NCBI GenBank assembly: GCA_963695855.1
Contig: CAVOHZ010000004.1
Location: forward strand, 1 to 64,000
Source of the DNA: an uncultured Nitrososphaerales archaeon
Lineage (GTDB): Archaea > Thermoproteota > Nitrososphaeria > Nitrososphaerales > Nitrososphaeraceae
Reading direction: 5' to 3'
Length of the DNA stretch: 64,000 nucleotides
Part shown: piece by piece, positions 33,528 through 44,657 of the stretch
Numbering within the stretch: the stretch's first letter is position 1
Layout: each line of letters begins with the position of its first letter
Position numbers and translations under genes: made by a program
The notes under the pieces: model-generated
The model's input: only the letters and a program-made list of their open reading frames with translations
Databases searched by the model: none
What the model was told of the DNA's origin: nothing

Positions 33528-33827
33528 GCTGAATAATTTATGGAAGCAGGCTATTTAAATTAATTGAAAATTAAATGATTGTTTATCATTCTTTGTTTTG
33601 TACTACGCAAGTCATAAAGAATTTTAATGAAAATACTCACAGATAATTTATTATAATTTGTAATGAGTTCAGTTTCTCATGTAATTTTTTATTTGCCATC
33701 TAATTCTCATTTGTATATTCGTAAAAATGATCTGGCTAACAATATATATTACAATATGTTTATTATGCTCTTACGGTAATCATCGATAAAAGATAATCCT
33801 TGTTCAACATTAATACTATAATTATAT

Positions 33828-34991
33828 GAGGCTGGGTCATAATTATTCCATTTTCATAACGAATAAAGCTAGTTTATTGGTGTATGATGTTTTGGTGAAA
33901 AACCATCCAAACAAACAAACTAGCACAGCAGAAGAGATCAACATCTATTCTAATTAGTATTTTGTATTTGATTGGCTTGATTCATTGGCCACATAATAAT
34001 AGAGGAGGAGGACGTGGGAGACCATATGTCTATTCTCCTACTGTTATTTTGAGATGCTTTATAGTGCGTATATGGTTCAGATTAGATTCTAACAGAGCAT
34101 TGTATGAATACCTTGCTATGGAGATGCCATACAACAAAAAGATAATGAAAGGATGTGGATTATCAAGAGTACCTAGTAGAAGAACTTTTGATAGGCGTCT
34201 TGTAACAATATCTAAAGATATTAAAAACAGAATAACTACAATGGGCAAACTTTTTGTACGTGATAAAATAGTTGATCCGCATATTCTTTCAGCAGACAGT
34301 ACACTTATCAAGACTAAAGGCTATGTCTGGCATAAATCATCTATGACTGAAGGAGTAGTACCACGTTCTGGTATTGATACAGATGCAATGTGGGGATTCA
34401 GTCATACAAAGGGTTGGATATTTGGATACAAATTACATTTGATATCCAGTACTGGTTCCATTGTTGTACCTCTGACAGCAGATTTTACTACTGCAAATAT
34501 ACCAGACAACCAGATGTACAGTATATTGACAGCAAGTCCACCTCTTGCAATAATCAGAAGAACATTATACATGTCTGCAGATCCTGGATACGATGATCAT
34601 AAACTTTATGATCTCAGTAGCAGTATGGGATTTCAATTGGTGTGTCCAGTACAGAGATATGAAAATACTCCTGTTGACAGGATAAAATTGGTTGAATTTT
34701 ATGAATCTAATGTTGGACAGGCTATCTATTCGTTGAGAAGTAAATCAATTGAACCGTTGATAGAACATATCAAATCTGTTTTCAGGATAGACCCATTACC
34801 TGTACGAGGATATGATAGGGTTTGTGCTATAGTACTACTATCAGTACTACTATACCAGATACTTGTATACTACAACTGTAAGACAGACAAAGATAATCCT
34901 AGAGCAATCAAATACATGTTAGGAACATAACATTCATTACATAATATTAATAGCGGTATGATGCTTGTTTATAGAATTATGACCCAGCCTC
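33828..34991 (+). mobile_element. Insertion sequence with DDE_Tnp_1-type transposase (family uncertain)
   Basis: Perfect 17-bp terminal inverted repeats GAGGCTGGGTCATAATT and an 8-bp target duplication AATTATAT (33820-33827, 34992-34999). Confidence 0.92.
33962..34930 (+). CDS. DDE transposase
   Basis: SADST, FGYKLH, ADPGYD, Y..R..IEPLIEHIK. Confidence 0.9.
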   Translation: MYLIGLIHWPHNNRGGGRGRPYVYSPTVILRCFIVRIWFRLDSNRALYEYLAMEMPYNKKIMKGCGLSRVPSRRTFDRRLVTISKDIKNRITTMGKLFVRDKIVDPHILSADSTLIKTKGYVWHKSSMTEGVVPRSGIDTDAMWGFSHTKGWIFGYKLHLISSTGSIVVPLTADFTTANIPDNQMYSILTASPPLAIIRRTLYMSADPGYDDHKLYDLSSSMGFQLVCPVQRYENTPVDRIKLVEFYESNVGQAIYSLRSKSIEPLIEHIKSVFRIDPLPVRGYDRVCAIVLLSVLLYQILVYYNCKTDKDNPRAIKYMLGT

Positions 34992-35524
34992 AATTATATA
35001 TCTAGTGGTAGGAGATGCTGTGCTGTAGTTGTTCCCAACATATTTACCAAATCAATTCTAGTCACAATAGGTAAGAAATTAGAAGAATTATAATAAATAT
35101 CTATTTAGGAGAGAAGAAGTATTATTTGATTTTAATGCTATTGATAAATGGGATTATCGATTTTGTTATCAACCTTAAGAATTAAATCCAAACACGTACA
35201 TTTTCTCGTATTACTAGAATAAGCTAAGAATTATACTCACCAATAAAGATTAATTTAAAAATTTTCTCTACAAAAAGGTAAAGTGTCTCTTATCCTTGAA
35301 AATTGATTTGCCATATTTATAGAATATAGCAAAGTAGATAGATTAGAATTCTAGCCAAGAAAGTACAAAAAAATAGAAAGAGCATTTTAGAATTTTGTAT
35401 GTTGTATTTCTGGTAAGTCTGAGTACGATTTCTAGAATAGCAAAATTCACAACAAATATGTCCTTATATAAACATGATTTAATAAGCAGATTTTATTCTA
35501 TATTAATTAATTGTTCTTTCTGGT

Positions 35525-36202
35525 TCAAACTAAAATATCTCTTATTTGTTTAAAAATATTAGTCCACATAGACCAAGTTAATTTTCCTGTGTTGGTATTT
35601 TGTTTGCTTGGATGATATGATACTATTAATATCTTATTATTATCCATATGGTACATTAATCCATGCTTAAATTTTATATTTTTAATTTTATGAATATTAC
35701 AAAATTCATCAAAAGCTAATTTCCCTAAAGTTAGAAATATTTTGCTATTTTTACTTAATAGTTTTAATTCTTTAGTTAAATATTCATTACAGTTGCTAAT
35801 TTCTACTGGCAACGGTTTGTTTTTGGGTGGAGCACATTTTACTATAGAGGTCACATAAACATTGTTTAATACCAATCCATCATTTATATAATTGCTAAAA
35901 GGTTGATTACAAAAATTATATTGGTATAAAACCTTCACAAGCCAGTCTCCAGAACTATCTCCAGTAAACATTCTTCCTGTTCTATTTCCTCCATGCGCAG
36001 CAGGAGCTAGACCGATTATGATTAAACCAGCATTTAGATCTCCGAAACCACATACTGGTTTGCACCAATAATCGAGATTTCTATATCGTTTAACTTTTTT
36101 GTTTTCAACATTTTTGATGTATTGCGCCAACCTCAAACATCTTTTACAATTTATAATTCTTTGATTTACAAGAATTAAATCATTAAAAGAGTCCTCAGAC
36201 AA
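35525..36202 (-). CDS. udgB: Uracil-DNA glycosylase family 5 (Fe-S, UdgB)
   Basis: CKRCLRL, GLAPAAHGGNRTGRMFTGDSSG, KCAPP, YHPSKQNTNTG. Confidence 0.9.
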   Translation of the reverse strand: MSEDSFNDLILVNQRIINCKRCLRLAQYIKNVENKKVKRYRNLDYWCKPVCGFGDLNAGLIIIGLAPAAHGGNRTGRMFTGDSSGDWLVKVLYQYNFCNQPFSNYINDGLVLNNVYVTSIVKCAPPKNKPLPVEISNCNEYLTKELKLLSKNSKIFLTLGKLAFDEFCNIHKIKNIKFKHGLMYHMDNNKILIVSYHPSKQNTNTGKLTWSMWTNIFKQIRDILV

Positions 36203-36271
36203 TAGAAATACATAACATTAATAAAATTTAATCTTATGGACAAACTTAATTGTGAGAAAATATACAAGAAA

Positions 36272-36736
36272 TTAATTAATTTCTATTGCTGAATGTAAGA
36301 ATCTAAACCTCTTATAATCATCTAATATAATTTTTGATAGATGTCTAGTTATATCACTCATACTTAATATTCCTATTACCTTATAATTTTCTTCCATTAC
36401 GGGAAGTCTTTTTATTTTATTTTTATTCATTTTCTTCGTGGCAGAATCTATTGAATCATAGGACATTATTGTGATAATAGGAGAAGTCATTATTTCTTTA
36501 CATTGTATTTTATCTGGAACAAGATTTTTAGCACAAATCTTTCTTACAATATCATGCTCGGTTATAATTCCAACTGGTAGATCCTTGGAATCCAATACTA
36601 TTACAGATCCAACATTCTTTTTTATCATCAATTTAGAAATATGTAATACACTTAAATTTGAATCCAGTTTTACGGTAAGAACGGTCTTATTTGACATTAT
36701 TTCGCTTACTGCACTCATAATTTTATTGTGAATCAA
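36272..36736 (-). CDS. CBS-domain pair protein
   Basis: VGSVIV...PVGIITEHDI...IMTSPII...IKRLPV...GILSMSDI. Confidence 0.9.
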   Translation of the reverse strand: MIHNKIMSAVSEIMSNKTVLTVKLDSNLSVLHISKLMIKKNVGSVIVLDSKDLPVGIITEHDIVRKICAKNLVPDKIQCKEIMTSPIITIMSYDSIDSATKKMNKNKIKRLPVMEENYKVIGILSMSDITRHLSKIILDDYKRFRFLHSAIEIN

Positions 36737-36829
36737 GTCATTTTTTTAGTTAACTAATGTTAATCTCATAAACATACGCGAATAATATGACCTCTAAAAA
36801 AAGATTATGTTAGTTAAAAAAATATATTT

Positions 36830-37204
36830 AGTTTGAAAATCTGAGATAGAAATATAATAGCTGCTACTATGGCCAGAACTATTCCTATTAATTTTTTAAG
36901 ATTTGTCGGACTAAGACGATTCGGATATCTAGCTCCAAGAAACCCACCATTCATTGCGGAAGGTCCTAAAATAATTAAATAAAGTAAATTCACTTCGTTG
37001 CTAACGACATACTACATGACCAATAAATCCGAATGTGCCCATAATTGCTGATGTAGCCATATTAGTGCCAACCGCTATTTTTGGTTCAGTTTTAAGAATT
37101 TTTATCATTATAGGAAGTCTTATACTACCAAGAACAAGACCTACTAATCCATGAATATTATGAAATGGTAGCACCAGTAATAATATTGATAATGAGGTTT
37201 TCAA
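36830..37204 (-). pseudogene. TauE/SafE sulfite exporter remnant
   Basis: GLVGLVLGSIRLP...PKIAVGTN, then past a stop GGFLGARY...LKKLIGIVLAIVA. Confidence 0.7.
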
Positions 37205-37699
37205 ACAACAGTAAATGTTTATGATAAAAATACAATAATCGAAATATAGTTAATTCAACTGGAAACAATTCCTCTAGTCTTTCCCTTTCCACCAAATTTT
37301 CAAGTTCTGAGATATTAATAAAAATCTGTTAATTAGATGAATGCTACTAGAAAAAATAATACCATCCAAAAAGGAAACCGTGACCGAACTTATATTAAGT
37401 ATATTAGACACATATAATATAATCATTTATCTAAAAAATACCTTCGAATAGTAAAGAGGATATCTGTCAAACAATTATCTATTTTCGTATTGTATCTTAG
37501 ATTCGTCAAGTCAATTTTCAAGTTATCTAATATTCTGTATTTATTTTTTCTAAATACTTGATTTCATACAGAAAGCAGTTATTTCAAGGTATGTCAACCT
37601 CTTCTTTTTCATGAATTGTTATTCCAATTTTCTTGCAGAACCTTGTCATAGACTTTCGACTTCAGGGTTGTGATATTGAAAATATGGTGATAGATTCTA

Positions 37700-38575
37700 C
37701 TACATTGGATATGGTATTACCAGTACTTCTGTATTTTTAAATTTCTTGATGATAGCTGTTCGTATAACTTTAACAATTTCATGACTATCTTTTAGTGTCG
37801 AATTCGGATCTAATTTGATGTGAACTTCAATATCAAAAGAATAACCTAATGGTCTTAACAAAACCTTTGATACAGGAACAGAGAAATTTTTTTCCACAAA
37901 GTTCTTAATATTATCACTTAATTGCGGATTGGCTACTGCATCCAATAATACAAATGTAGATTGCTTCAGTGCCACATAAGCCATAAAAAATATGTATCCT
38001 GCTATTATTATACTTCCAATTGAATCCATATATGGTATCCCAAAATATCCAGCAAGGACACTTCCAAACCCAACAAATGAAACAGATCCATCCTTTATAG
38101 AATTTTTTGCATCCAATTTCAGGGAGATTAAATTATACTTTTTAGCAATCTTGTGTACACGAAATGCTCTATGTAGTGATATGATTCCTGCTGCCAATAG
38201 GATTATCAATGTTATTTCCGGAGATGTAGTCTCGACTGGATGTAGTATTCTCTCATAAGCATTGTAAATAATGAATAGACCCAAGATAATTACTACTACT
38301 GCAACAAATGCGGCAAAACTTTCTACTTTAGCATATCCATATTGGAATAATCTGCTCTTTGGTTTTTGTATCATGTAAATTCCAAATCATACAATAAATG
38401 AGATTAGTGCATCAGCCATGGAGTCCAGACCATCTGCAAAAAGAGTTAGGCTAGATGTATAAAATGAGACAAGTAATTCTGCTATACCTATTCCTAATAG
38501 CGTCCACATCTAGAGCCAAGCTGCATTTCTTCCCTCTTGAAATGCTAAGGTAGGTGACGACGAGGATTCACTCAA
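37700..38575 (-). pseudogene. Cation diffusion facilitator (FieF-like) transporter with two in-frame stops in the 5' part
   Basis: The frame extends upstream of ORF 37700..38374 through TAG and TGA (SLTLFADGLDSMAD...IV*FG). It contains FQYGYAKVE and a C-terminal dimerisation domain. Confidence 0.82.
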
Positions 38576-38757
38576 GAATTAAATAATATTTATTTTATTT
38601 ATGATAATAATAATCTTTATTTTATTATGATTTATAAAAAAATCTATATAGATGTTATCTAAATATCAGGAAAAAGCCATCGATATTTAGAAATTATTTT
38701 GTTCGTAAAAAGAAAAAGAGTATAGTGTATCATCTTCTGTTATATGATGACATACTC

Positions 38758-39672
38758 TTATTGTTTATAGCCACCGTAGGATAATAGAAATACCTGACCT
38801 GTTGTATTGAATTTGTTTTCTGTGTATGCTTTTTCTACCTCTGATAACGTCAAAGGCCTATCCCATACTCTTATTTCGTCGATATCACCTGTAAAGAATT
38901 TGTCTAGATTCAAAGAGTTAGCTCCAATTCTTAATGGTTGAGTACCATTATTATCTATCGTTGTATTATTGGTGGCTAGTTTTCCTATTTCTTTTCCATC
39001 CACATAAAGTGACACAGCTGACCCATTATACGTAACAGCAGCATGATGCCACTTCCCGTCATTATATTTATTTGGTGTCTTTACAAAGAAATTATCTCCT
39101 GACGTTGCTTCAAAACCTCCCTCTACTTCATTACTATCTGTAATCCATAGCCCGTAATTCATGTTCATCCCTGTCTCGTCGGTACCCATTCCTCCTTTGT
39201 TTACCATATGACCAGGTTCAGTATAATTATGAGATGTTTTAAACCAAGTAACTATGCTGAATTTGGTCAATTGTGGCGAAAGGTTAGCTGGAAGATCTTG
39301 AAACTTTGAATCTTTAAGCGTATTAAATGGTTCGTACTGATATTTTCCTGTAATATTCGTTGGCAACACTGCTGTAGCATTCGTTGGCAACACTGCTGTA
39401 GCATTCGTTGGCAACACTGCTGTAGCATTCGTTGGCAACACTGCTGTAGCATTCGTTGGCAACACTGCTGTAGCATTCGTTGGCAACACTGCTGTAGCGT
39501 TTTGTCCATGAACAGGCAATACTGAAAAAGACAGGAAGACCGTTAAAAAAATCGAAGTGACAGCGACTGGAGTCATAGCTAGCAGTACTACATTACTTTT
39601 ATTTTTCATATTCACTAATAGAAATGAGAAAGGTATTATAAAGATAGTGCAAGAAAATACAGATATATTCAT
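38758..39672 (-). CDS. Exported LamG/concanavalin A-like domain protein
   Basis: NDGKWHHAAVTY, LYVDG, LRIGAN, FTGDIDEIRVWDRPLT. Signal peptide; start probably about 39609. Confidence 0.88.
   Translation of the reverse strand: MNISVFSCTIFIIPFSFLLVNMKNKSNVVLLAMTPVAVTSIFLTVFLSFSVLPVHGQNATAVLPTNATAVLPTNATAVLPTNATAVLPTNATAVLPTNATAVLPTNITGKYQYEPFNTLKDSKFQDLPANLSPQLTKFSIVTWFKTSHNYTEPGHMVNKGGMGTDETGMNMNYGLWITDSNEVEGGFEATSGDNFFVKTPNKYNDGKWHHAAVTYNGSAVSLYVDGKEIGKLATNNTTIDNNGTQPLRIGANSLNLDKFFTGDIDEIRVWDRPLTLSEVEKAYTENKFNTTGQVFLLSYGGYKQ
39355..39498 (-). repeat. 24-bp coding tandem repeat, 6 copies (NATAVLPT)
   Basis: ATTCGTTGGCAACACTGCTGTAGC repeated 6 times on the + strand. Confidence 0.95.
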
Positions 39673-40033
39673 AGTTTAAAATAGTGGAAAATAATTCTGA
39701 AATTTCTTATAATCATTTTTACAGATTGTAATTTAATATTAATGATTTAATTATTATTTATCAGATTCATAGACTTTTGCACATAATATTCACAGAATGG
39801 TATATTTGTCATTTATTGCTAGATGTTTTCTACGACGCCAATATTCGCAACTTGGCAAAGTATTATTACTGAACGGGGATGAAATAATTTTCTTGAAAAA
39901 AGTAGAGTGGTAAAGCATATCGAAAATGCTACAAATTAATATTCGATCTTTTTATTTGGTATAACAAGAAACATAGCTAAACAAAAATAAATATTATTTA
40001 GGATTTCTTACATAAATGATGTTTTCAGCATCA

Positions 40034-42283
40034 TTATGTTATACTTTTACCGATAAAGCTATCAAGACTAGGTTTTCCAAATCGTTCAGCTATCTTTTCA
40101 TACATACTTATCTCTTGAACAGACAATGGTCTAATTTTTTTCATTGCTTCTTCAAAATGGTGCATTGTTATTTTTAATTCATTCTTTTTATCCTCTGCTT
40201 CTTTTGGATCTTTATACTTTGTTATATGTTCTCTTAATGCCAACATAACTGCAGCTGAGGCCAGAGCAGCAATATCTGCACCTGTATAACCTTTGGTTTT
40301 CTCTACCAAGTCTTTTATATTTACATCATCAGCAAGAGGCTTCTTTTTAGTATGAATTGAAAAAATTTGTGTCCTTGATTCATCATCTGGAGGAGCAACA
40401 TACAGTAATCTGTCAAATCTTCCTGGACGAAGCAATGCTGGATCTATTATATCAGGTCGATTGGTAGATGCGATCACCACAACATTTGTCAATATCTCCA
40501 AACCATCTAGTTCTGTTAATAGCTGACTAATTACACGTTCTGTCACATGAGAATCACTTCCAGATCCTCCCCGTGCTGGGGTAATTGCATCGATTTCATC
40601 AAAAAAGATCATACATGGAGCTGCCTGTCGCGCTTTTCTAAATACTTCTCTTACTCCTTTTTCAGATTCGCCAACCCATTTGGAAAGAAGTTCCGGTCCT
40701 TTTATACTAATGAAGTTAGCTTCGCTTTCATTAGCTGTAGCTTTTGCAATAAGTGTTTTTCCTGTGCCAGGCGGTCCGTATAAAAGAATTCCTTTTGGTG
40801 GAGTTGCATCAGTATGGTTAAAAAGACCTTGATATTTTAGTGGCCATTCTACTGCTTCCTGTAGCTCTTGCTTAATTGTGGTAAGCCCACCTATGTCATC
40901 CCATTTAACATCTGGAACTTCAACAAAAACCTCTCTGAGAGCAGAAGGTTCCATTTCTTTGATCACTTCTAGAAAATCTTGCATGGTCACCACTATTTTC
41001 TTTAAGGTTTCAGAAGGAATGCTTTCAGTTGCAAGGTCTATTTCTGGTAATACCTTTCTCAAAGAGCGCATCGCGGCTTCTTTTGCAAGTGCATGAAGAT
41101 CAGCACCTACAAAACCATGAGACATACTGGCTAACTTTTCAAGGTCTACATCCTTCGAAAGGGGCATTCCCCTGGTATGAATCTGAAGAATTTCAAATCT
41201 CCCTTCTTTATCAGGAACACCGATCTCGATTTCTCTATCAAATCTTCCAGGACGCCTAAGAGCTGGATCTATGGCATTTATCCTGTTCGTTGCCCCTATT
41301 ACAACAACTTTTCCTCTTGAAGACATTCCATCCATCAAGAATAACAGCTGTGCAACAATTCTTCGTTCAACCTCTCCACTGACTTCATCCCTATTTGGTG
41401 CGATAGAATCAATCTCATCAATAAAAATTATTGAAGGTGCATTTTGTTCTGCTTGTTTGAACACATTTCGTAGTTTTTCTTCTGATTCTCCATAAAATTT
41501 GCTCATTATCTCAGGACCACCGATGGTATAATAGCTTGCATTAGTTTCATTTGCAATAGCCTTTGCAAGCAAAGTTTTACCAGTGCCAGGAGGTCCATGT
41601 AATAACACACCTTTTGGTGCTTCTACACCAAGCCGTCTAAACAATTCAGGATGCCTCAATGGAAGTTCTATCATCTCTCTTACCCGGGATACTTGGCCCT
41701 TGATCCCTCCAATATCCTCATATGTTATTGATGGAGCAATTCCTTCTTTGGCAATCTGTACAGCTTTAGCACTTTCTTCTGAAATAATTATTTCGGTTGA
41801 TTCATTAATTAATACCGGACCTGATGGTCTTGTAGATATTACGACCAAATCCACACGTTGACTCATTATAATGAGCGGAATGACATCGCCAGTAGTTACC
41901 AGATTACCAAGTAAATATTCTCCAAGATATTCCTCTGCACCTACAATTCTAAGAGGTTCAGTTGGTGCAAGGGTGATACTTTGAGCATCTTTGGATTCTA
42001 TTTTTTTAAGATCAACAAGATCATTTATACCTACATCAAGTCTATTTCTAATATATCCATCAATCCGTATTAGCCCTTTTCCTCTATCATTTTCTCTTGC
42101 CGGCCAATTTAATACCGTTACTTTTTTACCCAGAGAAGAGACCTCTATAACATCACCTGACGATATTTGTAATTGATGTGCGATATCTGGGTCTATACGT
42201 GCAATTTTTCTTCCCACATCTCTTTGTTCTGCTTCTGCAACTTTGAGACTTGGATTTAATTTATTGTTACCGTTTTGACTCAT
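40034..42283 (-). CDS. cdc48: CDC48/VAT family AAA+ ATPase
   Basis: N-domain plus two AAA modules (GPPGTGKT twice, FIDEID/FFDEID, RPGRFDR twice). Confidence 0.96.
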   Translation of the reverse strand: MSQNGNNKLNPSLKVAEAEQRDVGRKIARIDPDIAHQLQISSGDVIEVSSLGKKVTVLNWPARENDRGKGLIRIDGYIRNRLDVGINDLVDLKKIESKDAQSITLAPTEPLRIVGAEEYLGEYLLGNLVTTGDVIPLIIMSQRVDLVVISTRPSGPVLINESTEIIISEESAKAVQIAKEGIAPSITYEDIGGIKGQVSRVREMIELPLRHPELFRRLGVEAPKGVLLHGPPGTGKTLLAKAIANETNASYYTIGGPEIMSKFYGESEEKLRNVFKQAEQNAPSIIFIDEIDSIAPNRDEVSGEVERRIVAQLLFLMDGMSSRGKVVVIGATNRINAIDPALRRPGRFDREIEIGVPDKEGRFEILQIHTRGMPLSKDVDLEKLASMSHGFVGADLHALAKEAAMRSLRKVLPEIDLATESIPSETLKKIVVTMQDFLEVIKEMEPSALREVFVEVPDVKWDDIGGLTTIKQELQEAVEWPLKYQGLFNHTDATPPKGILLYGPPGTGKTLIAKATANESEANFISIKGPELLSKWVGESEKGVREVFRKARQAAPCMIFFDEIDAITPARGGSGSDSHVTERVISQLLTELDGLEILTNVVVIASTNRPDIIDPALLRPGRFDRLLYVAPPDDESRTQIFSIHTKKKPLADDVNIKDLVEKTKGYTGADIAALASAAVMLALREHITKYKDPKEAEDKKNELKITMHHFEEAMKKIRPLSVQEISMYEKIAERFGKPSLDSFIGKSIT

Positions 42284-42756
42284 ATTTATGTTTATTTATT
42301 GGTTTGTCACCTTATTTAAAGAAATCAGGCTATTACAATAAAAGAAAAGAATTAAAAATTAAATCATATATCGTGTAGCTAATAGATTAAACGAAACTCG
42401 GATATTAAATACAATTATTGAATATTATATTACATAAGATAATATATTCAAACCAATAAAATGAGAAAGCTAGAACAAACAAGGAAGCTAACAAAAACGA
42501 ATTTTACTAAATTAGATGGAGATAAATCAGAGACCATCAAATGATCCAAATTTCTAGATCGTTTTAATGATTACGTAATCACCAAATTTTTTTTCGAAAT
42601 CCACTATATGTATTATTTTAATTGTATCAGATTCTTTATATAAAGCAAAAAAACAGAAGAATTAATATGATAATTAATAGGATTTCTCTTACTGGATAAA
42701 ATGGTTAAATCCCTGAAAACACGGCTATATAAATATATTGGTAACAAAACATGAAA

Positions 42757-42774
42757 TTTTTCGGCGCCGAAAAA
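42757..42774. promoter_or_regulatory. Perfect 18-bp palindrome TTTTTCGGCGCCGAAAAA (copy 1)
   Basis: Read directly. Intergenic, about 90 bp upstream of ORF 42865. The regulatory role is inferred. Confidence 0.55.
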
Positions 42775-42864
42775 GATTCAGAATCAAAATATGAATTGAC
42801 CTTAACAGCATGAATATCTTTATAGGTATAAATAACGTTAAAAAACTATGGTGAAGAAATTAAA

Positions 42865-43272
42865 GTGATAATAATAGATGAAAAGTTGATAATTGACCAT
42901 GATCAGAATAGAAAACTTGCCAATGTAACTGTTACTGGAGAAATCAGATTTTCACCACAAGAGATGTATCAAATGATTAATTATGAAGAAAAGTTGTTTA
43001 AATTGAAATGTGAATTATGGGGACAGGATATGGTTGGTAAAGACAAGTTATACACATTCAATCCCCTAAAATATTATCCAAGTTATACACCCAACGTCAC
43101 TGAAAGATTTACGTTCAAAGAAATGCTAGGACAAGGAGTTTTAGATGAGGATATAGGAAAAGAACAGATATACGCAAAACTCATTTTGACTAATTTACTT
43201 ACGGGAAATCAAGTTATTGATAAAACTGAAGCTATAAGCTTTGTAAAAAAAATTTATGCCAATTCATTTTGA
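42865..43272 (+). CDS. Hypothetical protein
   Basis: 135-aa ORF (FKLKCELWGQD...LDEDIGKEQIYAKL). Confidence 0.65.
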   Translation: MIIIDEKLIIDHDQNRKLANVTVTGEIRFSPQEMYQMINYEEKLFKLKCELWGQDMVGKDKLYTFNPLKYYPSYTPNVTERFTFKEMLGQGVLDEDIGKEQIYAKLILTNLLTGNQVIDKTEAISFVKKIYANSF

Positions 43273-43313
43273 CTAATTTACTTACGGGAAATCAAGTTAT
43301 TGATAAAACTGAA
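43181..43313 (+). repeat. Exact 50-bp direct repeat (43181-43230 and 43264-43313)
   Basis: TCATTTTGACTAATTTACTTACGGGAAATCAAGTTATTGATAAAACTGAA occurs twice. Confidence 0.92.
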
Positions 43314-43540
43314 ACGTAAAATGACTTTGTCATTATTAGATAATAAACTAAAACTATTGTTCTGAAACACAGGAACTTCTTAAAATAATAATCCTAGATA
43401 ATATAATATACATTTCTCTAAAATCTATTTTATTTTATTTTATTTTGTTATGGTCATGTAAATTATGTTTATCCTTATTTTTTCTTATCTTGATAGTAAA
43501 TTGTATTATTCTTTCAATTTGAATTTCATTTTCAACCAAC

Positions 43541-43780
43541 TTAAATGTTAAAAAAAATTTTCCCTATATGTTTTCTCACATCTCTGGGCATATTAGGATC
43601 TTCAATTATTTTATGAAGATCGTTTCGTTTAATGCACAAACCATTTTTGTTTATTTTGTAAAACCAATCAATATCCAAAGGACTAATAACAGTAGTATTT
43701 TTGTTGCATCCCTTCATTCCACAAAAAGGTAAGTCATCTTTAGTGAAACAAACATGATCGTCTTGACAGCCATAAATCAT
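43541..43780 (-). CDS. Small Cys-containing hypothetical protein
   Basis: YGCQDDHVCF...CGMKGC pattern suggests metal binding. Confidence 0.65.
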   Translation of the reverse strand: MIYGCQDDHVCFTKDDLPFCGMKGCNKNTTVISPLDIDWFYKINKNGLCIKRNDLHKIIEDPNMPRDVRKHIGKIFFNI

Positions 43781-44174
43781 ATCCTTATTTATATGAAGTT
43801 GATCATAATAAATTTTGGGCTAAAAAACGGCAAAAGTAACAACTAATTATTTTTTAATTTTCCACGATGATCAAATGGCAGGTACAACTTAGTTTACAGA
43901 TCTAATTTGTCATAACAGAAGATATACATAATATATTTATTTTAACACTAGTAAATAGAATCAATATTAATACATTTTGTACAAGAGGTTTTTATATTTG
44001 AACAGATTGGAGATCGGTAGGAAAGAAATTATTATTATATATTATATTAGTATAAACAAAAAATATCATATTAAAACATAAACCAAATCAAAAACATTAC
44101 TTTTTTAATCCATACTAATTGTATTTATTCAAACTAACCAATAAAAAAATTACAATTGTTACGCATCTTTTATA

Positions 44175-44420
44175 TTGATTTGTTTAATAATACAAAGTAT
44201 GGAGCTAACATCTATAAAGAAATTGCAAGATTTAATTGATAATAATTATAAAATCGAAAAAATTTACCCTCCTATTTTTGGATCGGATGCAGAAATTAAC
44301 ATAGTAACTATTACATTAGTTTCCCCTGAGGGAAAAAAAGAAAATTTAAGAGCTTTTAGAGAAGAATCTCATCAGTTAAGAGAATATATTAAAAATAACA
44401 AGCTCTTTCAGCAATATTGA
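44175..44420 (+). CDS. Small hypothetical protein (start probably 44199)
   Basis: ORF with plausible composition; no recognised motif. Confidence 0.6.
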   Translation: MICLIIQSMELTSIKKLQDLIDNNYKIEKIYPPIFGSDAEINIVTITLVSPEGKKENLRAFREESHQLREYIKNNKLFQQY

Positions 44421-44657
44421 GTTGCAAATAACTAGATTTGATTATTAAAAATTAGTTATTTTATGACAACATGCAGTAAAGTATACATCATAAAATCAAA
44501 TGTATCTTTAAATAAATTTTCTCTATATTTTTTGGGGTATGTTAAAATGAAAACCGTTTTAAAATACTAGTATTTGTATATTTGTCCTATTAGTTATGAA
44601 AATGGATGGATAATATAATTTTCAAATATAATTTTAATATGGGAAATAATATGAAAA

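Noticed and set aside
37700-38575. Stop-codon recoding (pyrrolysine or selenocysteine) in the CDF gene
   Set aside because: Different stop types occur together, the TGA sits where Trp (TGG) is plausible, and no recoding machinery is in view; a pseudogene is simpler.
39267-39509. ORF with LQQCCQRM repeats as a Cys-rich peptide
   Set aside because: Alternative frame of the NATAVLPT repeat within the LamG gene.
40547-42176. Several short plus-strand ORFs
   Set aside because: Antisense to cdc48 with no independent coding signal.
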